Source: the human T2T-CHM13v2.0 reference genome, Homo sapiens. From it: a stretch of DNA of 64,000 nt. The stretch's first letter is position 1; each line of letters begins with the position of its first letter. The notes under the pieces were generated by a model that worked only from the letters and a program-made list of their open reading frames with translations, did not search any database and was not told the DNA's origin. The stretch lies in the NCBI RefSeq assembly GCF_009914755.1, contig NC_060939.1. One strand, given 5' to 3'. Below, in pieces: positions 54,501 through 64,000 of the stretch. The position numbers and the translations under genes are program-made.

Positions 54501-56799
54501 TAAAAATGGTTTCTCTGCACTAATGATTATTTAAAAAAAAAACTCTGGCAAGAACAAAAACAAATGGTTTTTTAAAAACTCTAGAAATAATTTGATACAT
54601 TCAAGGACTCTGGAGAGGGAGAGAGTTAAAGGCTGATGTGTGTGACTCTTTTTCCTCTCCCCCCAAGGAAAAAAAATGAAGAGAAGGAGCTTTTAAGTGC
54701 AGTGCCTCGTTTTTATGTGATTGCAAACCTGAACCAATCCTTTTAGTGGTGGATGTGGGACATGTTAGCTTTTCCAACAGTTTAGATGGGCCTTTGTTTT
54801 TATTGTTGGTCACTGTAAGAATTCCAAGGAATAGAAGGATCTCATGGGCAAAATCAGTTTGCTTTTTTCTCTGTATATTTGTTAGTTTACAGCAGCTTCT
54901 ATTTTCCTCCTATTTTTAAAAGCTGAAATGCCTTTAATCGCACTCAGTGTGTTTATTCATGGAAGCCAGAGAAGAGGGTCCCTTCCTTTCCCCCATAGCG
55001 CCGTAATTGGAAATTTGGTAGTACTAGGTGAAATTCTCAGTTTTGGCGCTCGCATGGAACAGCCATCCATCTGCTGGCGAGACACACTGCCCGGGGCTTT
55101 TCAAGAAATCCCTTAATGGTCCTGAACACTAATAATATTTATATACATTGAGATGAGACAAAATTTACAGCGGGCTCTGGGGCTGGCTCCAGGACTCTCT
55201 AATCCCACACTTGCTCGCGTTCTCTTGCTTGCCTCCTAGAATCCTTTCAGGTTGTGCTTCAGTGAGGGGAGCATGGTGTCCGTCTCTGCAGCAATGCTTA
55301 TTTATGCAGTTCGTCCTCTAACAAACAGAGCAACTTTCCTTTTGACCTTCCCCTCTTCTCCCCATCACATTCCATTGCTGCCCCCGCATAGAGCATGTGC
55401 TTATGCATAGTTTGCATCATTTAACACGAAGGAACCCCTTGATTTGTGATCCCTTTAAGAAGTTGCTCTGTATATAAAGAAAATGATTTTTCCTGGTTGG
55501 TTTTACTGAAGTTCCTTCAGAAATAGCTCCCACCACCGAAACACACCTGACTTCCCCAGCCTGTGTATCGGTTGTGGCACGGACTGACTGACTGGATGGT
55601 ATAATTTCACTCACTCCTTTGGGAAGTTTCGGGGGACTACTGCTCAGATGTGTGGGAAATGCGGAATATATCTACAGGTACTTTGTCAGTTTTTTTTTTC
55701 TTTTCTTTCTCATCCTGGAAAATCCCGGCATTGATATTTAGGTATAACTATTTGCAAGCAAGTGCAGAGGGACATTTTTCTGTTCTTTTCAACGTTCTTG
55801 AGTTATTACTACTGCATTAATAGCTACTTGATCTTAATGTCTATTACACATCATTTTATATAATGTTTTCTTTAAATTGTCAGGGAAAGGGATTCTGCAA
55901 GTAGATGTTGGTCCCCCCAGTTAGTGTCTGATGATGATGGTAAGATTCTCAGAGTTTCCTTCCTCTAATGACAAAGCATGGTGATGGTGATGTCTGAAGA
56001 GCAGCCTCGGTGCTCCAAGATGGGTGTATGCTTAATACTGCTGGCACACGCCTGACGAGCGGGAATGTGAGCGTTGTTTCTGTAACCAGTTTTACTGAAC
56101 CTCACAGATCCATTATACGACGTGAATTTTGTGGGAATAACATAGGCTGGGAGTCTGCTCTCTTCCAGCCTGGTCCCTCTCTTCTTTCAGCCCTACCCTC
56201 TCTGATCATCATGTCCCTTGCACTGCGGCCAGGTAACCTTTCTGATACGAAGGTCTGGGCATGTTGTTCCCTTGCCTAAAACTTTCCATGGTTTCGTATT
56301 ATCCACAGTTGGGCTAAACCCTCTGGGACAGGCCTTCAGTGCCTCCCCGGGCAGTGGTCCCTGGCCTTCTTCAGTAACACCCAAGCCCTTGCACCCACAG
56401 TGACCTCGTTGCTTTTACAAGCATTTACATGTGATGTTCTTTATTCCTCCCTTGCTCATCTTTCCACTTTCAACTCCACAAAACCGTCCTCGGCACCCAG
56501 AAGCCCAGGAAACACCAGGCAGCTCCACTCACTCCCGTACTTGCTGTGTCGTCCGTTCCCTGGGGACAGGATTGTCGCTGATCCTGCGTGCATCTGTCTG
56601 GCACACAGGTGCAGCACACATTAAATAGCTGCTAAATGAATAAATGAAGAATAGATGGAATTATATTCTGTTGTGACCAGTTTAAAAACATGAAATTGGA
56701 ATACCCAATTGCAGTGTTTCTTTAGATCTTGGACCTTGAGGTGACCTCTGTAATGGATATATTTGAAATTATTAACTGTCTTCAAGTGGGGGTTTGATG

Positions 56800-56813
56800 A
56801 GAGAGAGAGAGAG

Positions 56814-56847
<34 letters not shown>
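56800..56847. repeat. (GA)n(GT)n compound microsatellite
   Basis: Direct read. Confidence 0.95.
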
Positions 56848-56850
<3 letters not shown>

Positions 56851-57121
56851 ACAGAAAATATGCTAGGTTTGTACATTCAAATTTGTGTTATCCTCTTCAA
56901 GAAAGTCACCTTGGTAGACAGCATATATATCCCAACATTTTAGGAACTCATAAAATGCATACTTTTTTGGTGTGATCAGAGATGGGTAACTCCTTATTAC
57001 TTGTGGGTTAGATTAGTTTTTGGAAATAGCCTGGAGTCATTGAGAGCCAATCCTTATCAACAAAATGGCATAAATGGACAGGAATGGGTTTCTTCTTCAC
57101 TTTAGAGATAGCTCTGAAGAC

Positions 57122-57590
57122 ATGTCTCAGTTGGGATTAGTTCAGTTGCATATATGAATAGCAGTCATTGAAACAAGATAAAAGTGTATGTCTCTCACAT
57201 CTAAAGAAGTCTGGAGTAAGCAGTCCAGGGTTAGCCTAGCGGCCCCACTCTCATAAGGGACTAAGTTCCTTTTATCTCGCTTCACCATTCTTGATGTTTC
57301 GCCTTGTGGTCCAAGGTTGGTACTTGAGCTCCAAGCATTACTACTGCATTCCAGCCAGCAAGGAGGAGGATGGCCATGCCCTCTTTGTTCTCAGGAGTCT
57401 TCCAGGAAGTTCCAGTCACAACGTTTGTTTATATCTCACTGGCCAGAACTTAAGTCATATGGCCACCTCTAGCTACAAGGAAGGCTGGGAGATGTAGTCT
57501 GTAACTGGATGGCCATATTATCAACTAAAAATTACTGAAAATGACAAGAAGAATAAATAATGGAAGGCAACCTGTTGTTTCTGTCAAAGG
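57122..57590. mobile_element. MLT1-family (MaLR) LTR, old
   Basis: tgtctcagttgggattagttcagttgca...aaacaagataaaagtgtatgtctctcacat...ggccagaacttaagtcatatggccacctctagctacaagg. Confidence 0.7.
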
Positions 57591-58542
57591 ATGACTTCAA
57601 AAGAGAAAGTTGCAAAAGTATTTCAAGCTTGACAGTATCATGACAGTTTTCTTCAGAGGTGACGCTATTCATTTGCATGTCCAAGTTCTGATATCTGTTT
57701 TCAAGTTCACCTATTTGCAGCGAAATAGGAACTCTTGGAGGCAACTAGTGGGTGTGTAAACCGGTACAAAGTTTCTAGAGGACAGTTTAACCCAACAAGA
57801 TGAATTCTGGAAATTGATCCTAATGAAATGTTAAGGGTGCTCATGAAGATTGCTTTGCCGATTGCAATAATAAAAAGTAAAGAAAATATCTTATAATTGG
57901 GGACAGGTGTAACTTATGATACATTCCACAATGGAGTGTAATACTGCTGTTAAATGTTTGTGGAATTCACAATCTTTTATGCCAAAAGAAAGCTTTCAGA
58001 ATGGCTTGTCTTTTTTGTAGATACTTGTATTTATATGTCCATGCACATACATAAGAAAGGACCAGGGAAGGTCTGCTTGAAGATATTAATAAAGGGGTCA
58101 CTTGTGGGTAGGTGGACTTACTTGTTCTCTATATTCTCTTTACTTGTTTGTGATCTCTGGTTTTTTTAATCATGTATTTTTATTACAAGAAAAAACAAAT
58201 TCTAGAATCTCCACTCAATATTGCATGTCAGAGTCAAAAAGATACACATTTAAATAATTTTGTATTGTTTTCCAATTTGAGGATAAAGTAGGAAATGTAT
58301 AATGCAAACCAGATTTCATATTTTGTTGATTTAGACTTAATTTACAAGTAAGGCTGACAGCCCACAGAGTGTGATCACGACAGCATTGTTATGGAAATAA
58401 ATGCCAGCTCATGCATTTGGGATGTACACCATGGATCTGTGGTTATTAGATACTGATTTCACTTTAGCACACGAAGAGGCTTAGCGGAGGTGGCTTCTAA
58501 TATCCTATGGTTCTGTGGGCTCGGAGATACTACTCACCCACT

Positions 58543-59059
58543 TGTCAGAGGCATTGAAACCAGAGCAACTGCATCTTGAATAGGAGCTAGGTAAAATGAG
58601 GCCGAATTCCCAGACAGTTAAGACATTCTGAGTCACAGGATGAGGTTAAAGGTCAGCACAAAATACAGGTCATAAAGACCTTGCTGATCTAGCAGATGCA
58701 GTTAAAGAAGCCGGCGCAAACCCACCAAAACCAAGATGGTAACGAGAGTGACCTGTGATCGTCCTCACTGCTGCACTCCCACCAGCGCCATGAGTGTTTA
58801 CATGTCATAGCAACATCAGGAAGTTACCCTATATGGTCTAAAATGGAGAGGTATGAATAATCCACCCCTTGTTTAGCGTGTCATAAAAATGGGCAACCAG
58901 CAGCCTTCCAGGCTGCTCTGTGTATGGAGTAGCCATTCTTCTGTTCCTTTACTTTCCTAATCAGCTTGCTTTCAGTTTACAGACTCACCCTGAATTATTC
59001 TTGCGTAAGATCTAAGAACCCTCTCTTGGGGTCTGGATCAGGACTCCTTTCCTGTAACA
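58543..59059 (+). mobile_element. MER41A-like (ERV1) solo LTR
   Basis: TGTCAGAGGCATTGAAACCAGAGCAAC...GACCTTGCTGAT...CAGGAAGTTACCCTATATGG...GGGGTCTGGATCAGGACTCCTTTCCTGTAACA. TG...CA ends. 4-bp TSD cact / cacc. Confidence 0.9.
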
Positions 59060-59624
59060 CACCTATGTTCTTGGACTTAAGAATGACCCTCAGACATGGT
59101 GACTTCTTTGTCATCTAACAGCTTTGGCTTATTTGAGGTAAAACCTTTGATATCTAAGGCAGCAGAAATTTCCCTGAAGTCATTTTGAATGGTATCATCT
59201 TTACTATAGTGTAGTTTAATCATTTTCAAAGTAAGCATTTCTGCACACTAAGGCTTTAAAAGAGTTTTCAGTAAGGAACATATTTGAAATGGAAAGTGAG
59301 CAGAGCACAATGCCTTTTAAATTACTGATAAACCATAGAGTTCCTGTAGGGCTTCCACTGGCTGACCCACGCCTGAGGCAACCCTCAAATGTGGGTATTA
59401 TCCCCCTCATTTTACAGATGGGAAGAGAGAGGATCAAGATCACAGAAGCTAATGGTTTGTCCCAGACCAAACAAGGAGTTCCTAGGAGAGACTGAACTTT
59501 AAAGATATCAACTCTCTGCAGGTCTAAGTGGATGAAAGGACAGTGGTGGGGGTGAGGATTTCGTAGTGTGTTTTTGCATTGTCTCCTCAATGAGTGATCT
59601 GGTGCTGGTGGTAGCAGTGAATGA

Positions 59625-60167
<543 letters not shown>

Positions 60168-60652
60168 TAAATGTTTGGTGAGATTCTAGGAACAATTGGC
60201 ATGGCTTACCGCCCCCCTCACCAGTTTGTTTTATATTTTAAGTGCATACTGCCTGGCCATTTGAAATTAAGTACTTGCTTGCTGGTTTCGATACCCAGAG
60301 TTCATAGTCTCTCTGGGTACTTGCCAAGCTGCCATCTAAGAGACAGGGAACTGTAGTTTTGGATTTTCCTAGTCTGGGTGCTGCTAGCCAGGTGAGGCTT
60401 TGGAAGTGCAAAAGAAAAGACATGCTAAGCCCCCACCACCATCCTTGAGACCAGCAAGCGGACCTAAACATCTTAGTGCAAGAGCTAGCAGCAGCTCAGA
60501 GTAGGCAGTAGCTTAAAATAAGGGACATTTTTCCATCAGCACTTCCTTCCTCTCATCCCCCTCTACCTTGACCCTCCCTCAGTGCTCATCATGTCCTTCA
60601 TTTTCCTTCCTGAACTTTGAGACTTCACTTGGGAAGCAAAGAAGTTCCTTAT

Positions 60653-60928
60653 GGCCAGGCATGTGGCTCACACCTGTAATCCCAATACTTTGGGAGGCTG
60701 AGGTGCTTGGATCACTTGAGGTCAGAGTTTGAGACCAGCCTGGCCAACGTGATGAAACCCTGTCTCTACTAAAAATACAAAAATTAGCACCTGTAGTCCT
60801 AGCTACTCCGAGGCAGGAGAATTGCTTGAACCTGGGAGGCAGAGGTTGCAGTGAGCCAAGATCACACTACTTCATTCCATCCTGGGAGACAGCGTCTCAC
60901 TCTGTCTCCAAAAAAAAAAAAAAAAAAA
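60653..60928 (+). mobile_element. AluS-like SINE with small internal deletions
   Basis: TSD gaagttccttat / gaagttcgttat. Confidence 0.9.
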
Positions 60929-61130
60929 AGAGAAGTTCGTTATAACAAATGCCATATGCCCTTTTGTACATGTCAACTGGACTTCTATAAATTTGTCATT
61001 GGTTTATGCTTTTGAAAATAAGATGTTAGCATTGTTTAAAAATGTGATAACTATAACTTTGAAAGCAAAAGAAGATTGGAGATTTGGGGTTGCTGTTCCC
61101 TTTCCTGGAGCAGAGTAAAGAACTTTTAGG

Positions 61131-61401
61131 GGCTCACGCCTGTAATCCCAACACTTTGGGAGGCCAAGGTGGGCAGATCCCTTGAGGCCATGGGTTCAAG
61201 ACCAGCCTGGGCAACATGCAAACCCCATCTGTACAAAAGATTAAAAAAAAATTAGTTTGGCGTGGTGGCACACACCTGTAGTCTCAGCTCCTTGGGAGTT
61301 GCAAGTGGGAGGATCACCTGAGCCCTTGAGGTCAAGGCCGAAATAAGCCAAAATCGCCTCACTGCACTCCAGCACAGGCAACAGAGACCCTGTCTCAAAA
61401 A
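61131..61401 (+). mobile_element. AluJ-like SINE, slightly 5'-truncated
   Basis: Perfect TSD aaagaacttttagg at 61117-61130 and 61402-61415. Confidence 0.9.
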
Positions 61402-62443
61402 AAAGAACTTTTAGGAAAGTTCTGTTTTAGTGGACTAAATGCCTCCTTCATGATTAGCACCAGGGGGCCTGTCTTTCTGAGTCTGTCAAAATCTATTCTA
61501 CAAATATAAAAATATCGTTAGAAAAGTAGGTGTTAATTTTAAATATAATTTTTGCTGCAGCTTATGAAGTACATTGAGGAAGTGTTTATAAAGGGGATTC
61601 TTTTTCTAGTGTATTATTTGGAGACGCAGCTTCTACTGTAGGCTTACCTTCAAATCAAAGATAATACATTCTTTTATAGTATTAGATGTAGAGCAACTTT
61701 CTCCCTCTTATAATCTGTATAACCATTAGGATACTAACAACAAGAAGAAAATTACTCTGAATACTTTAAAATGATAAATAGGCCAAGGACTTCAATGAGC
61801 TGTAGAGGATACATATTACATCCAAAATCAGTCTACCACATTGTACTCACATTTTGTTGGCAGCCTTCGAGTGTAAAAGGGCTTTTACTGGTGCACACCT
61901 CGGGCCCAGGGGCAGTGCCTGGAACCAAGTTGAGGCTCAGACACTATTCAGACGTCACCTTCCTCCTTGGGGTGGGGTTAGGGGAGTGGTAGCTTGTCCA
62001 TGAACTCAGTGTGCTATCGTCTTTGTTTTGTGAATACATTTTCTTAATGACATTTGGAGGCCTTCAGTCGTTCTGCAGCCACCAGAGTTGTGGCAAAGTG
62101 GGAATGCTGTCCATTTGACAGTGTTGTTTCTTCCGCTCTAGTGCACTCTTCAGAGAATTGAGCCATTATTTCCCCTATTCATTCTTACAGTCCGTTAAAA
62201 ACTATACATCTACCTTTTTGTTTAAAAATAAAACACCATAAAGAATAATAAATTCCCTTCTCTCAGCCTTTGAGGCTTATTTAACAATTACTTTGAAATA
62301 TTTAATTTTTTCATCTTGTTTATACCTTCTCTATACCATAGTGGATTTGAGGAAGCTTAATCTATAAACATGTTATCAAAACACTTCCTTAGAAAAACAT
62401 TTTTTAAGTGCTTGATGACTCCTAGACTTTTTACCAAAGATGA

Positions 62444-62642
<199 letters not shown>

Positions 62643-62649
62643 TGAAAGA

Positions 62650-63795
<1,146 letters not shown>

Positions 63796-64000
63796 AATTT
63801 TTTTTTTAAATGGAAAGTTTATAGGGTATGTAGATAAATTAGAAACAACAGAAGGCCAAGTAAAAAAGTGCTGAAGGAAGCCTCTACCCAGGCTGGAAAT
63901 GAGAATGTTGAATGCAATGGTAGAGGAAGGACTCTCCCCATCTGTGGGTGGGTCCAGTTCCTGTAGGACCCTTGGGGAAGCCATGACCCCCATTCTCCCA

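Overview
Primate, most likely human, genomic DNA from inside IGF1R (chr15q26.3, gene on the + strand). The window holds about 59.7 kb of the 3' part of the very long intron 2, coding exon 3 (59707-60019, furin-like cysteine-rich domain, AG/GT borders intact) and about 4 kb of intron 3. The rest is an intronic repeat landscape: many Alus (several nested, many with visible target-site duplications), old L1M/L2/L3/MIR fragments, MER3 and MER2 DNA transposons, solo LTRs (MER41A-like, THE1, MLT1, LTR33/41-like, MER31/67-like) and microsatellites. None of the other ORFs in the track looks like a real gene. The most interesting non-repeat signals are: (1) an intragenic promoter-like CpG island at ~20.6-21.2 kb with paired CCAAT boxes, two consensus NF-kB sites, three FOX/FOXO sites and a downstream splice donor; (2) a CpG-rich E-box/HRE/AP-1 cluster at ~33.7-35.3 kb; (3) a sense-oriented MER41A-like LTR 650 bp upstream of exon 3 that appears to have lost its poly(A) signal and gained splice donors; (4) minus-strand splice and poly(A) signals that outline an antisense transcript crossing exon 3. 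All four are hypotheses from motifs read by eye. I found no demonstrable new system. Repeat family names come from remembered consensus sequences, not from a RepeatMasker run.
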